From contig NC_087436.1 of NCBI RefSeq assembly GCF_036321535.1, positions 30,134,001 through 30,198,000 on the forward strand: a stretch of 64,000 nucleotides of DNA. The letters run 5' to 3'. Positions 1 to 14,215 of the stretch are shown piece after piece. Under the pieces are notes generated by a model. The model made no database searches. It worked only from the letters and a program-made list of their open reading frames with translations, and had not been told where the DNA came from. This DNA comes from Camelus dromedarius. Taxonomy: Eukaryota. The position numbers and the translations under genes were made by a program. Numbering within the stretch: position 1 is the first letter of the stretch; each line of letters starts with the position of its first letter.

Positions 1-510
1 GGATTTCTCCTGAGTCTGCCTGATCTTATGATTTAGGGGCCAGGACAGGATCTAGTTTATGATAGTCAGTTCTAGATACATAGCCACTTGATGTTCTGGG
101 TTTAAGGGCTGCACGTCTTCTAGGCCATGCTGGAAGTTGTTTTCCAAACAGTATTTAATTCTGTGCTACAGATGGTCTGCATTGACTTCAGAGCCTCAAA
201 AGCCATTTTGGTTTTCTTCCTAGGGCTTGTTGTAACTGACATGCAACAGTTTTTCCAGTTCCTGGTACCTCTCAGATTGTAGTCTACTGAGTCAATATTC
301 CCAAGGGGCAGAGCTGCTTCTGTCACAGACTGAGCACTTTCCTGTTTCAGAACCCACTGGATGACATATTTTATTGGGTTTATAATCTGGAGCCATATTT
401 TCAAGTGTGGAATAAGCTGCCTCTGGAACTCAAAAGGCCCAGCTGGTATTCTGCTTTCTTCTTCATAGTGAGAGGGCAAGATTCTATCAGTTTTGCACCA
501 TTTGGGGAAA
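1..510 (-). mobile_element. ERVL-class endogenous retrovirus internal fragment, degraded pol (RT thumb/connection region)
   Basis: Minus-strand translation EEESRIPAGPFEFQRQLIPHL..QWVLKQE..EAALPLG, plus EHQVAMYLELTIIN*ILSWPLNHKIRQTQEKS (nt 120-1), aligns by eye with ERVL pol KKEAQRLVGLFGFWRQHIPHL..EWGPEQE..QAALPLG..GHQVTMRPELPIMNWVLSDPPSHKVGRAQQHS. Contains stops and frameshifts; runs off the window start. Confidence 0.85.
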
Positions 511-1556
511 TATCAATCCACCAAAAGTATACTTTATAAGATTGATAGTGTTAACTATAAACATTAAGAAACTGATCATTTGGCCTGACTTTGGATGTTA
601 CTTTATATTTATAGTTAAGATTAAAATAAACCTAAAATGCATCTTATAAAAGATTTATTTTTCATAAATATAAAATTATTTTACTTATACTTCTCTTAGG
701 TTTTCATGTATGCAATAATAGTTGGTTCTATATGTTGTGAGAGAAATAAATGGATATTAATTTGAAAGGGTTAGACGTTTTCTTGTAGGCTGCATTTTAA
801 GACAGTTTTTGAATCATAGGTTTAAGGCATGCCTCTTTGTTATACAATATATAGATTTTTAATAGATTTTTAAATATAATCTGACATGATCAATAGCTTT
901 GAGTAAATAAGTATTAAAATTGGAGCTTCAAAACATAAATGAACATATTTCACATATGGTGAAGATCCAAAGTTGTTTTATATAGTTAAACTTAACGTGA
1001 AAATCTTCAGGATTTAATAGCTGATCTCCTATCAGAAGTTCATTGAAAAAGAGGCTATTGCAGTTCTGATGGAGCAGTATTGCTGCCCAGTCCCTGGTCC
1101 AGTCCCAGCTGCACTCTACATACTTCGAGAGAAGCAAATGGAGTTCATTCTTTTCCATCAGTGTGCTAAACAACGTATTAGACCTATTGCAACTGGCATA
1201 GGGCACCACCACTGAAAAAGAAATCATAAATACTTAAACAAGTTCCTCCCTGCCACGAGCAACTGCAGACTTTTGTTTTTTAAATAATTACAGCATTGTG
1301 TGGTCCAATGAACAAACAACCAGACCTTTGCTAAAATCTTGCTTCGGTTCAGTTTTCTGTAAGATAGGAAGGAAAATAGGACACAAGTGTCTGATAGGAT
1401 TTTTGCTGTACAGATAGAACCATTAATTTAGAAGAGCCAGACTACAGCATCTAAGCAGAAAGTTACTTTGCTGTTTGTACCATTGTCTATTCAAGCTCAT
1501 TGCTTACTCTAGGGTATTGAAAATATTTTAGTCTTCTCTAGGCACCAGAACCAATT

Positions 1557-1642
1557 ATAGATAGATAGATCTGGGGATAGATAGATAGATAGATAGATAG
1601 GTAGATAGATAGATAGATAGAGAGAGAGACAGATAGAGAGAC
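1557..1642. repeat. (GATA)n / (GA)n microsatellite
   Basis: Directly visible tetranucleotide repeat with one interruption. Confidence 0.95.
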
Positions 1643-4619
1643 ATATTCATTATAAAAATGTCCAGTTATATGTAATTTTCCCAAATCTTTTCAAATAAAA
1701 TCTTCATGCTTGCTACCAGCTGGTACTTTGCACTGGGACGTGGGAACATAGGCATGTTCATCACTACTTGTCCCCCATCTTTCTAGCCGTGCATCGTAAG
1801 AGTCATGAGTCCTTCCTCACTCCTTAGGCAAGTATTCCATAGGGGAAAAAAAAAAAGGAAAAAATATTAGTAAAATTAGGGAAATGTGGCATAAAATATC
1901 CTTCCTTTGAAAATTATTGATGAGTCTTGTTACAGTAAAAGTATGGAGAAATGTTAACTTCATTTAACCAGGGACATTTCCATTTCTCTTAAAGACATAT
2001 CTTAATGGTCAGCATCTCATGGGAAAATACCACTCTGCTTTGAGTTTGACCTCAGCTGTGCTCTTTATCAGTTTTCCCAGTCACATTCAGTGATAGACAG
2101 GCCTTTCTATGATTGTTCTTGCACTAATTATCTACACTACTTGATTAGGAATCAGTGTACTATGATATTGTATGGTTCTTTAATGGGATTTTATTTTCTT
2201 TATTGCTCTTCATCTAGTAGCCCATACACTTCTCTAAAAAGAATTTCTCTCTTAAAGAAAGTGTCTCAAGATTATTTCATAATTTCTTTGTTCCCTCTAA
2301 GTTGCCTCGTCTCCCCATTTGTTTGTTTGAGTTTTACTGTTTCTTGTTACAAGCTATTTCTGAAAAATGTTATATTTTTTGGTATCTGTCTACGATTAAG
2401 AATGGGGGACTGATAAATATTGGGAAACTCAAAGTGTATCTGTTGGACTTGTCGACGTTTTGTTTTCCTGGAGAGTGATCTCAGTGGATTGCTTTGGGGT
2501 TACACCAAGATAAGAAGCCAGTATCCAAGTGTTTGCTCTTTAATTTTCCAGAACTGTTTTCTAGCATCCTTCTTAAAGTGTTCTGGAGAGTAAATGGAGG
2601 AAGAGTGTTCAGGTTTCTGCATTCATACCATTAATTCACTACATTGTTCAGTTTTTAGTAAATCACTCATGCCCTCAACTCTCTTGACATTCAGCAGTTC
2701 AAACACTGTCCATTTTACCCTTTCTAGAGAATAACTCTACACATCTCTTTCTATGCAGAAGAAAGGCACCTGCCCTGTGGATTACATTTAGAGAGGGAAT
2801 CTAAGTATATGACCACTTCTCACATTTCCATCTCGTCTTCCTTATTTTACTTTTATATCTTTTACTTTCCACTGAACTGGACCATGGTACTCCCAGTTTG
2901 GGGGAATTTTTAAGCCTTGTGTCATTATGATTGTTCTCAGCTTTGTCCATTGATGTATTATATCCAATGTTTTAGGGGTTTAGAAGTCAGATACCAGAGG
3001 AATCTTGGGGAACATCATTATAAATCTGCCTGTGACACGTGCTATCCATTCACCATTGGAAGGCACCTCAGGGGCTGCCCTTCTGGGTATAATGCTTCCC
3101 TTTGCTCTGTGATCAGACACATGGAGCCCTGCTCTTCCTCCCAGACTGAAGCTCCCCCTTTCTTGGTACACTCTCAGAGGCAGACCCTTGCAGGTTGCTC
3201 TGTGACTCAAGGTGGATGGATGTGTGAACTTTTGCCTGTTCCCGTCCCTGCACATCAGTTAATCACCCTAAATTACCCCCAGATCATCGCTTGCTACTGA
3301 CTCCACCATCTTAAGCATGTTATGGGTCAGTGCTTCTTCCCTTAAGCTGCAATTTTTATTTCAAATATGAGTCAAGCTAGTTTACTTGCTTAAATGGGTG
3401 CTCATGATTTTTTGCCCCTCCAGTCTCTTTCCTCACTTCTGATGTGGCTGTAATTATATATGTATGTAAGTTCCAGAAATTCGCTGCAAGGTTGGATATA
3501 GCAGTAGCTACTACATACTGCATTTAGAAATTGAAGTTCATTCTATAAAAAGCTAATAAAAATTATAATATTATGGATTACTGAAGTCTCTCCTTATGTA
3601 TTATGAAATGTGTGTGTGCATACAGACATGTATTTATAAGCACCATTTCCTAGTTTTATATAGTACTTTAAAATAGCAAACATAAACATTCATTTCATGA
3701 AATATATCATGATTGCCACCTACTTTTTAAGTTACCTTTTTATTTATGTCTTATATAGAGTAGTGATAGCTCTAACCGCCATTTTACAAAATCTCAGTAT
3801 TCATTACATCCACACACATGTGCATATGTGTGTTTGTAAATAAACATATATCTTAAACTTTAGATAAAATATAAATAGAAATTATAATATTTTGTCCCTA
3901 CAGCTTAGCTGAGTTTTATAAATGTGTGTGTAGTTGTGTCTAAACTGGTTTAGGAAAATCTGGACATGAGCTAAAGTCATTGCTATCCATTCTCTGCTTT
4001 CAGTCCAGCCTAGGTCAATGAAGACATCTGGTGTTTAATGTTTGGCAGCTGCTCAATAGGCTGTGACATATGAAATAGTTTGGTGGTCTGACTTCACTTT
4101 TCATTGAATCGTTGTCAGGTAGTGATTAGCAGCCTATGAGGAACTTGGCAAACAATAAGGGATGTTCCATGTTGGAATTCTCTTCTGTCCACACACACTC
4201 TGTTTCTAATATCAGCAGTAAAGTGTATTGGCAGGAAACTCTGTCCATGTCACCCTTTCCTACTGTTCAATAAATAAAAGACTTTAACTGCCAGTACAGA
4301 TTATATATCTCAAGAGGTTCAAGTATTTGAAGTATAAAAACTAATTATATAGTGCTAAGAATATATAAAATTACAGTAGACACTTCAGAAGCAATTAATA
4401 ATGGCATTTCTCTGTTTTCATAAAAAGAGAAAAAAATATTTTCCTAGCTTAAACACCAACAATAATTAGGCATTGAGTAAATATTTATTGTTGGTTGGTT
4501 GGTTGTTAACTGCTTTTATTGGATTCAAATAATTTTCTATATTAATGAAAATGATTATACCAGTTATGCATGTAGTCAGAAGTTTAGTGTTGTGGTGGAA
4601 CACTTTGAATGCTTCTTTC

Positions 4620-5215
4620 CTCCCAAGCTTTACTGAGATATAATTGACATATAACATTGTTTAAGCTAAAGATGTACAAGGTGATGATTTGATACACATA
4701 CATTACAAAATGATTACCAGAATAAGACTAGTTAATACCTCCATCATCTCACATAATGACCATTTGTGTGTGTGATGAGCACATTTAAAATCTACTCTCA
4801 GCAACTTTCAAGTATATAATTCAGTACTGTTAACTGTAGTCACCATATCATAGATTTATTCATGTTATAGCTGGGATTTTGTACCCTTTGACCAACATCT
4901 TCCCATTAGCCCTACCCTCCTACCCGCTAGCAACCACCATTCTGCTGTCTGTGTCCATGAGTTCAACTTTAAGATTTCGTACATAAGTGAGATCATACAG
5001 TGTCTGTCTTTCCCTGTTGGACTTATTTCACTTATCATGTGCCTTCAAGATCTATCCGTGTAATTGCGAATGGCAAAATTTCCTACCTTATGGCTGAATA
5101 ATGTTTTATTGTATATACATATATAACAGTTTCATATATCTATTCATCTGTTGATGGACATTTAGTCTGCATGTCTTGACTATTGTGAATAATGCTGCTG
5201 TGAACACGGTGGTGT
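4620..5215 (-). mobile_element. LINE-1 3' end, L1MA9/L1MB-like
   Basis: Antisense L1 3' UTR hallmarks: gatataattgacatataacattg, ataagtgagatcatacagt, gactattgtgaataatgctgc. Confidence 0.85.
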
Positions 5216-6869
5216 AGAATAAAGATGATTGCAAATATACATACAGGAATGTATATCTGATGCCCCTGGAAATCTTGGTTCAAAGCATGATTTTGTAAAC
5301 TAGTGTCTGATTTGAGCAAGCTAACTATATTATTGCTGAGTTTGAGTTTTATTTTTCAAAGTAATTTATTAAATAAAAGCTATATTATCATTAATACTTT
5401 GGTGAAATAATATTTCATGGTATCTGGTACATAAATGCTTAAATGCCTTTATTCAGCAAGAAATCATTAACTGCATACTACCATTGCAAGCAGCTATTCT
5501 GTTCTGTGCTATTGATCCAATAAATGGGTCATTGTGCATTTTCTCTAAGAAGTTTACAGTCAAGATCAGTGGTCCCTGTGGTGGAAAATATCCTTTGCCA
5601 AGTAGTTTGCAAGATTTTCTCTTATGACACAGGTGCAGAATATTAAACTTCCTATGTATATTTTGATACACAAATTGACTCTTCTTCTCATTAGGTCTAT
5701 ATGTCATGTGATCACCTCTGACATGCAATGTACTAGGGATCCTAAAAAAGTTGAGGGTATTTAGTATACAAATCTATGAACAAACTCATTTTGCGATAGC
5801 ATATTATAAGATAATACATCTTCAGTAAACTTGATTACATGAATTCAAATTTATATTATTTTGTTCAACTATGTTTAACTAAGACAATGCTTACAAAATG
5901 ACTAAAATTATATTTGCGAAGAAAAATAAATACTAAGTTAGGCAGAAGTGCACATAAGAAAGGGCTCGAGTTGACTTTTTCTTTTCCTAATAAAAGTACA
6001 TAACATAACAAAGTAAAAATAACAAAAGTCTAATAGAACTGAAAAAAAATTTGAAGAGCTTAGAATTATAATAAACTATTAAGTATAAGTCTTTATACAG
6101 ATTCATATTATTAATGATGGATACATGCCCTAAGTCCCAATGCGGTTAGAAATCACAGATAATGATTAAGTTTTCATTATGAACAAGATATTTAAAAACT
6201 GTGTCCAACATATGAAAAGCAAATTCTACAATTACTTTTCAGCAAGTCAGTCTACGTTTTTCACACAATATTCTGTAAAAATATCCTCAATGGCAAAGAT
6301 GGTTCTTCTGAAATTTCTAATTTGAAAGTGAAATTCTAATACCCCATCAAAATAACACTTGTTCTTCTTGCCATGATAAAACAGCTCAAATAAAACATAC
6401 AAAACACTGTAGGATTGAGACAGAGTTCATTCAGTTGTCAGAAATGCTGTCAGAGGATGCTTGGGAAACACTGCTGAAGATCTGAAAGCAAACATGCTTT
6501 ATAACATATTTCAAAGTTCAGGAACATTGCTGCAAAATTGGATGGACATACACAAGTTTCTACTATGTCTTATATTGTGGTTTTCACAACATTGTTACTA
6601 AAACAAAATATATAAAAAAGTACTGTTTTTCCGACCAGTGAAGAAAGATATACTAGTCAGATGCAGTTTAAAGTTAATACCTTGAAAAAACGTATTTTAC
6701 ATTAAGAAAAACTACATAATTTTAACCACAAATGGAATAGCCATTTTGCTAGTCTTGAAAAATTCTGAGAAAAGGTCATGGGGTTTTAGTAGAACAGTTA
6801 AAATGAATCGATTGATTCTTTAAATGAGAATTGATTTACTGCCTTCCATGGACTAGCTTTCAAGGAATT

Positions 6870-7625
6870 TGAAGCCTGGAGATACAGCATTGGACAAAGG
6901 AGACAGAAATTCCCACCTTCATGGGACTCACACTGGGTAAGGGAGACAGAATATATGCCAATAAATAAATAAAATATGGAGTATGTCAGAGATTAATGAG
7001 TGCCATAGAATAAAAACAAGCAAGAACAAGAAATAGAGAGCCCTAGTTGGGGTGAGGACTGATGTATATATACTATTTCTTAAATGGTGGGGTGTGTGTG
7101 CGTGTATTTTAAGAAGGTGACACTCGAACAAAGGCCCAAAAGAAGTGAAGGAACGAATCCTTCACACACGGCTATTTTACAGGAGAAGGGAACAGCAAGT
7201 TCAAAGGCTGAAGCTGTGTCTTGCTCAGAGCACATCTGAGTAATGGCATGAGGGCCAGCGCAGCCTTGAAACTCTGCTGGGGCAAGAGACACCCTGGGAA
7301 GGTTCTAGGGGCCCAGAATGTATAGTGCCTTTAGATCCTTCTACAAACTTTGATTTTACTCTGAGTGGCGCAATCTTTTGAAGGGTTTTTCCTCTTGAAC
7401 AGAAGTGTCATCAGACATAATTTTTCAAGGGATCTCTAGTTATGATGTTGAGAATAGACCTTAGGTGGAAAAGATGGGGCTTAGGGACTCTTAGGAGTGA
7501 TCTACACAGGACATAAAGCTGGCTTGGCCCACAGCAGTGGTGGCAGAAATGATAAGATTCTAGATTAGAAATATACTTTTGGCAGAATTTTCTTACTGAT
7601 TGTGGCTCATGAGACAGTAAAAGGA
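6870..7625 (-). mobile_element. LINE-2 (L2a-like) 3' fragment
   Basis: gatacagcattggacaaaggagacag, ttttactctgagtg and aggagtcaagaatga match the reverse complement of the L2 3' region. Confidence 0.75.
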
Positions 7626-8207
7626 GTCAAGAATGAATCTGTTTTTAGGATTTTTTAAAAGAATAATCTAGATAATCTATGGTAGCAAAAAACACACAGA
7701 TTGTTATAACTATGATGTCAATTTTAAAAAGGAAAATTTTCAACATGTAGTATATTCTCTACTTTTTTATGGAATGTGAAATCTGTGAATATATCTTTCA
7801 ACATAAAGTTCACTGGCTCTATTATGGAAAAATTTTAAGAAAGGAGATCTAATGCAAAGATTAATTTCACATTTATTGTATGTTTCTTTTGTACGAAGAC
7901 AATAGATCCAAGTTTACTAACTTCAGAAAATATGTCAGTGATTTATGTATGACTCACAGTTACTTTTGGGAAAAAAATCATACATGTAACCTATTTTTTC
8001 AAAGTGAAATTACGTTTTTACAGTTAATGAAAATGTAACTTCTTTTGTCAAGTAAGCCTCCACTTATAAAAAGCATGTTTTGAAAATTAGTTTGGAATAT
8101 TTCTGTTGTTATGTAACTTTGCTATTGGAACCAATGTCACTATATCACCTATTAAAACTCTTATCTTCCCACATTAAAAAAAAAAATAGAATTTCCTACC
8201 ATACGCA

Positions 8208-8245
<38 letters not shown>

Positions 8246-8300
8246 CACACACACACATATATGTGTATGCATATAAATGTGTGTATACATATGTATGTGT
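8208..8300. repeat. Compound (CT)n(AT)n(AC)n microsatellite
   Basis: Directly visible. Confidence 0.9.
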
Positions 8301-8946
8301 GGAATATATTCTTATTGGTGTACAAGCACAAATGATTAATATACGAGAATATAAAAATATACTTGCTGAATTAGAAAAAAATTACTCAAATTGATAAAAT
8401 TGGAAAATAAGAATCATGTATTAATTTTTAAAAAACAGAGGCAAGGATGCACCTTTTTAACTTGGAGATGTATATCTTGGTGAAGTACCTTTTTTTTTAG
8501 CTATGACAGCCACTAAAATCAAATACCAAAATGCGTCGATCCCTGCACTCCTACTTTACATTAAGATAATATAAGAACCTGTGTGCTCTGTAGCCTGTGC
8601 ACTTCCAAGTGGTGCTCTGGCCGAAATCTCTAATTGGTCCTGTGTCCAGCTTTGAATTCAGGGGAGCCTGGTTCTCTGAATGGTCCTTCTAGAATATTAT
8701 CATATTTGCCTTAATGTCAAGTTTGAACAAGCTGTGTCCAGAACACCTAAAAAGACCAAAATTGGAGATTTTCGTAGCCTTATTGTGCCTGTTTGCTAAT
8801 AATGTAATATGTCAGGGAAAAAAAATGCAATGCTGTGTAACCAGAATTCAAAATGAGGAACGTCACACAATGTAAAATCAAGATTTACAAAAACAATAAA
8901 TCATATTATAAAATGACTTATTGATGTTAATGAATCAAAAAATCAT

Positions 8947-9002
8947 ACACTAGAAATTGGCACAACATTGTAACCTGACTATAACTCAATAAAAAAGTAA
9001 AT
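8947..9002 (+). mobile_element. Very short L1 3'-terminal fragment (young family)
   Basis: tacactagaaattggcacaacattgtaacctgactataactcaataaaaaa closely matches the reverse complement of the termini of the L1 copies at 14.9, 23.9 and 50.6 kb. Confidence 0.75.
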
Positions 9003-9689
9003 ACACACATAAATAAATTAATAAAAAGAAAACTACAAAAAATCTGTAATTTAAACAACTTTATATTTTTCTCATGTTTTACCTTTTTTGGTTTTTGTTT
9101 AGCATGCTCATAACATATTATTACAGTAGCACACACATATAATTTTATCGTAAGTAGACATATGGGAAATACACAAAGGTGTTTAATGATGGAATGCATC
9201 ATCAGTTTGAAGAGCACTGATCTAGAGGACAATGCACACAGGTAAACCATGTGAAATTAGAGTACTTACAAAGGACACTAGCATAGATAAGTCTCTGCAT
9301 GTTTGTGGCGTGTGTGTATGTGTGAGTGTCCATGAGACGTTCAGCAGATGCTTTCTAAAATTATTTGTTTAGATGTTCAGAGAAGACAAAACACAAATTA
9401 TGTCTAATAAAATTTAATTCTACAACTTCAATTCCTTGTGTATTGATCAAGATCTTACTTTAAAATTGGCATCGGCTTAAATGCTCTTCTTTTTTTCCCG
9501 TAAAGAAATATTCTTAATATAGGTACTAAAAACTAATGTAATCTGTCTTTGTCTATGTGATTGCCAAGTTTTCCAAACCAGGATTGTTGTTAAATTCTTA
9601 GGACTTTTTAGTTTTGCTCACATTTCTGAATGCTCATTTCCGTAACAGAGTGAAGAGAACAGGCACTGACTTCAGTATTAGTAATAGTA

Positions 9690-9910
9690 ATAATAATAGC
9701 AATGAGAAAGCATACTTACTGTGTGCCACTATGTGCCAATCCTTATTTCAGTAGTTTTGTGTGTATTAATCAACTTATGTCTACAACTCTAAGGGCAGTG
9801 TCATTGTTAACCTATTTTATAGATGAGGAGATTGAGTACCGAGAAATTAAGTTACTTGCCTAAAGTCACACTGCACTAAGGAGGTAAAGTCAATATTTGA
9901 ATTCAGATAC
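9690..9910 (-). mobile_element. MIR SINE
   Basis: attttatagatgaggagattgag..agaaattaagttacttgcctaaagtcacac is the reverse complement of the MIR core. Confidence 0.85.
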
Positions 9911-11479
9911 ACTTTTGTTAAGGGTAGATTTGTGTGTATGTGTGTATGTGTACTTCATTTTGCAAAAATCTGAGACGCCTCTGCATTTTCATGCTTCACA
10001 TAGTCCGTTAAATATCCCTGAGGCAAATATTTCTTTTCAATGCATCTTGGTTAAGTTTTCATAATTTTCTTTAATTTTGTTGCTTGAATACTTTAAATTC
10101 TCAAGACCTGTTCAATTTCCACTTGAAATTTTGATGAAGTGTAACCATAGCCTTGAGGTATTCCTTTTTCTCTGTTTTGTTTCCAAGTTTAACTACTCTG
10201 GAAGTACCAATGTTGGCTTTGAGCTGTTCTTCCATGGTGTTAATGGCTGGTATAATTGCTTTTTAAAGAAGCATCGCTGCTTGGAATAATTGCAAAGAGT
10301 ACCTTGGAGATAGAATTTGCAGAATGAGAAGGGTGGTGAATGGCTATTATGCACAAACTCATTTCCCCAAATCTCAAGCTTTGATCTAATATTAGTCCCT
10401 GAAGCTAATTGTCCTGATGGATATTTCTAGTAGAGGTTAAGGATTCCTTCAGTAACTTTTATAGGGAAGTAGGTAATATGCCTTTAGTCATTTAGCTACA
10501 TGCAGTTTAAAATAATGGCATTCTGTGATTTATCTATATAGACTATATTCAACAAAAATGCCTATACTTACAAATTATTAAATTCTATTCTTAAAAGAAT
10601 CACAGTCCAGCCACATCCAAAAGTAATTTAAACCCTTGACAGCAGAAATGTAGTTATTTTCTCCATGATTCCAAAGAAAGTCATTACAATAATATTAACT
10701 TAAATTGAAGTGCAAATTACTATTATGAAACAAAAATATCTTCTTGTTGCAAAGAGCATCCCGTTTTTATTTTCCGAGCTATATAAATCTGGCTAGGAGG
10801 GCTCGATTCATTAATAATATATTGATTGTATTGTAACACAGCATGTTTGTGCAGGTCCAGGGGTATCTTGCAAAAAGTAATGTCCCAGGAATTGTCTAGA
10901 TGACAGCCAGACACTATATTAATCTAACACAATATGATCAACTTAAAAATGTAATTTTACCCTAAATTCTAACACAAGTATGGCTAGCTCCATTACAGCA
11001 TTATTGTAAGAGTTTCCTAAAGAAGAATATAGTGAGAATTTTTTTTTTCATGGGCAAGCAAGTGGCAGTAATGACTTCTAACATCACAATACTGCTGTAT
11101 GTATTAATGGCTTTGAGTACATTTGTTTCCGCTATATTGTTAATGAATTCAAGGTTGCAAGACCCTATTTTATAACCATATTCTACACTTTTCAGTTCTA
11201 TAATTTTTTAACATTATGAAAAAATAATTTATTAAATATCCAAATAGTGCAAATGTGTCTTCTCTGCCTATTATGGGAAAAAATGATCCTTATAGATTGA
11301 ACTGTTTCTTCAAAATAAATGCACAACCTTCCAAGTATAAAATACATAATATTTAAACAGTTTCTTGTTCTTTGTAATTAAATGCCATTCCGGAATAACT
11401 CTTATTTCTATATCTTTATAGACCTCTGAAATATATATATACCATAAAATGTTAGAAAATAAGTTTCCAAAATTATTTT

Positions 11480-12500
11480 TTCCATATTTTAATATTTGCA
11501 TATATGGCCAAATCACCCTCCAGATTTTTTACCAATTCATAACCATGTAGGGAAAATACTACATTTATTGATACTTTAAGTTGGTTTAATAACGAGTACA
11601 TAGACATGTTTTCATATACTTCATTTTTGTTTTTCTATAAGTGTGTAATCCATCTGTATTTCTGACTGTTCATACACTTTGGAATTGTTTTCTATTTGGT
11701 TTCTGGTATTTCCCTTTTAGTTTTTAGAATGTATTAATAAGGACAATTATCCTTTTTTGTGATAATATAATCTTTAAAAGTGCATCATTTGCTTAGATGT
11801 ACATTACTAAATATAAAATAGGTAAACAGCAAAGACCTACTGTATAGCACAGGAAACTATATTCAGTATCTTGTAATGAGCAGTAATGGAAAAGAATCTG
11901 AAAAAAATATGTATTTATGTATGTATATGTATGACTGAATTGCTTTGCTGTACACATGAAACTAACATTGTGAATCAACTACACCAGTAAAAAATAAGAA
12001 TTAAAAATGTATCATTTACTTTTTAACTTTGTGTAAGGGATAGAAAAATGTATTGCTATGTATTGTTTTACATTTTGTGAGTTTTTTTTGTCTGCCCTAG
12101 TAATGTTTTCTTCACTCTCTGTCTTTTCATTAAAATTTCGCACTTTCCAAAAGTGAACTTATTTTTTAATATTTAATTTAGTAGAAAATGAGCTATCCAT
12201 CTCTCAATGACCATTATTTTATGTGTACAAAATATATTAAATGTTTAATTATTGTAAATTTATCTTGAATTATTATAAATGTTAGCATCTATTTCTTTAT
12301 GTTCTATCATAATACATTGATTTGTTAATGAATTCTTATGTCCAAACCATTTTAATGATTCTAAATCCATAATATATTTCAGTGTATTGTAATATGGCTA
12401 ACTCACCCTTCATCTTTCAGAAACTCCTGTCTACTCTTGAATGTTTAATTTCCATACGAATACTCATTCTTTATAACCACTTTTCCTTTCCTATAAATGC
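11480..12500 (-). mobile_element. Ancient L1 (L1ME/L1M5-like) fragments
   Basis: T-rich degenerate antisense L1-like sequence on both sides of the 11.8 kb insertion; appears to resume at about 15.7-16.25 kb. Confidence 0.45.
11795..12002 (+). mobile_element. 5'-truncated cetartiodactyl-type L1 3' end with degenerate TSD
   Basis: acctactgtatagcacaggaaactatattcagtatcttgtaat plus A-rich tail; flanked by aaaagtgcatcatttgctt (11776-11794) and aaaaatgtatcatttactt (12003-12021). Confidence 0.85.
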
Positions 12501-12759
12501 ATATCCTGTAAAATAAGCAAATTAAATTCCATAATCACATCTATTTTTCTGATTGAGATAATCTTCCATTAAAATTATGTTTTCAACATTATGTATTTAA
12601 TGAGAAAGAGAGAGAGAGAAATGTATGCAAATTTACTACATTTGATTTTTCTCCCCTAAGATACATTTCTTTTCTCATCTCTTCAAGATTACACATATGT
12701 AGTACATATGTTTCCAGATCAGACCACCCCTTTGTATATTTTACTTTTTCTCTATTTGT

Positions 12760-13122
12760 GTTTTGTAAGTGCCCAAAGGAGCCAGAACTTCATCACTGGT
12801 CCCAGGGAATTAGGGTACATATACTAGGCTTGACCTGAAACTTTGAAACTTGGGGTAACAAAAGAAATGCTTATAAGATGCCTGAAAAGAAAGGACTTCA
12901 GAGTCAATGCCTGGCATGTTGGTTGGCATCAAGTAGCAAGGGCGGTGTCCTGAGGCAGTGCTGTCTGCTCCTCGCCCCTCCAAAGTCGCTGTGGTTCCAG
13001 TCTGTTATCCAAGACTGACAATTCAGACTCCAGTCAATACACCTAGCACATCTCTAACAGCCTCTCCCTTTTTGCTTGTAGGGGATAATGGAAGTTCCTG
13101 CAACAAACAATCTGCCTGTGTA
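12760..13122 (+). mobile_element. ERVL-class LTR (LTR33/LTR16-like), degraded
   Basis: 3' end ccctttttgctt..cctgcaacaaacaatctgcctgtgtac resembles ERVL LTR termini (tccttttctgctt..ttgcaaccaagaaccctgactgataca). Confidence 0.45.
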
Positions 13123-13282
13123 CTGAATATTCATCTTGGCATTGGGGAAAGATAAGAGAACGGGAATAGTGAATGTTGTCCTCTTTTAGCTAGATCAGTC
13201 AAAAACATTACTCTCTTCTATATTTTATCAGAGACCTGAATGATGTGAAAAATTTAGCCATGAAATATAGGGAAGAAGCTAT

Positions 13283-14215
13283 CTGGCCAACTGAGAGTCA
13301 AGCTCTTTGCAGAATGGGAAGCAGACCTTCAGATTATAGTGTGGAATTTGAACCAGAAATAACACTATATGGAGCTGTTCTGCCCATGAAGAAAATACTG
13401 TTGCCTATTAACCAATGAGTAGAATGGCACCGTTCATGATGAATATTTGGTTTGTCAAGGAAAACAATGTTCTCAACATAATTCTAGGTTCTGCAGGGTT
13501 AGGACTTTTTCAACTTAAGGAAAATGATGGCTGCAGAAAATTATAAGCTGAATCTGATAGTAGTCCACTTAAGGCTATTTATTATGATTGGTAAACAAGT
13601 AAAAATAAGATGGATAATCAAGTAGATAAAACTGCATACTATGAGGGGTATCTCCTATTATCAGAAAAATATAACCAATGATAAATATTAATGCAACACA
13701 GAGAATCCCAAAGAGGCATTACTGCCACGAACATCCTCAGAAATGAAGGTGTGGCTCACCCAAAGAACAAAGAGCTCTTAATAGCTTATCAACAGAGTTG
13801 CCTACTAAATGAGTAGGTAGTGAAAAAGGAGAACCATAAATATAAATTACGCCAATTACCAATTGTAGAAAAATAGACTTGATCTAGTGTGATTCCACCT
13901 TTCAAATTCCTCTTTATCCCCTCTTCCTGACAATTGTATACTGAGGGTGGTAGTCGGTTAACTTTGCCATTGGGCTATTTGTGGAATACTGAGAGAGGTG
14001 CATAACAAAGTCAGAAGTGGAGTAGATATCCCCCAGCAACAATGGTACTGGGGCACATGCAGGCATGAAGGGGTTTAGAGTTGTGATCTTATGGGAAAGT
14101 GGGAACTCCTTTGTTTTCTTAATTGTGAAAGGAAGAGTTGCATTATGTAGGTAGAAAATTTTTGATAGTTTAACTATGGAAAGATGGATGAGTGTCAGTG
14201 TTAGGAAAACAACAA
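13283..14215 (+). mobile_element. ERVL-class internal fragment: integrase C-terminal part and 3' internal region
   Basis: GQLRVKLFAEWEADLQIIVWNLNQK / TLYGAVLPMKKILLPINQ*VE (frameshifted) versus ERVL QLGGNTLQGWGKVLQKAVYALNQRPIYGTVSPIARIHGSRNQGVE; downstream cctcagaaatgaaggtgtggctcaccc motif typical of ERVL/MaLR internals. Confidence 0.75.

Noticed and set aside
2917..3300. Overlapping 127-aa and 91-aa ORFs
   Set aside because: No recognisable domain; region looks like degraded old repeat sequence
8580..8746. Minus-strand exon after acceptor ggtctttttag
   Set aside because: Stops in all three frames and no good donor
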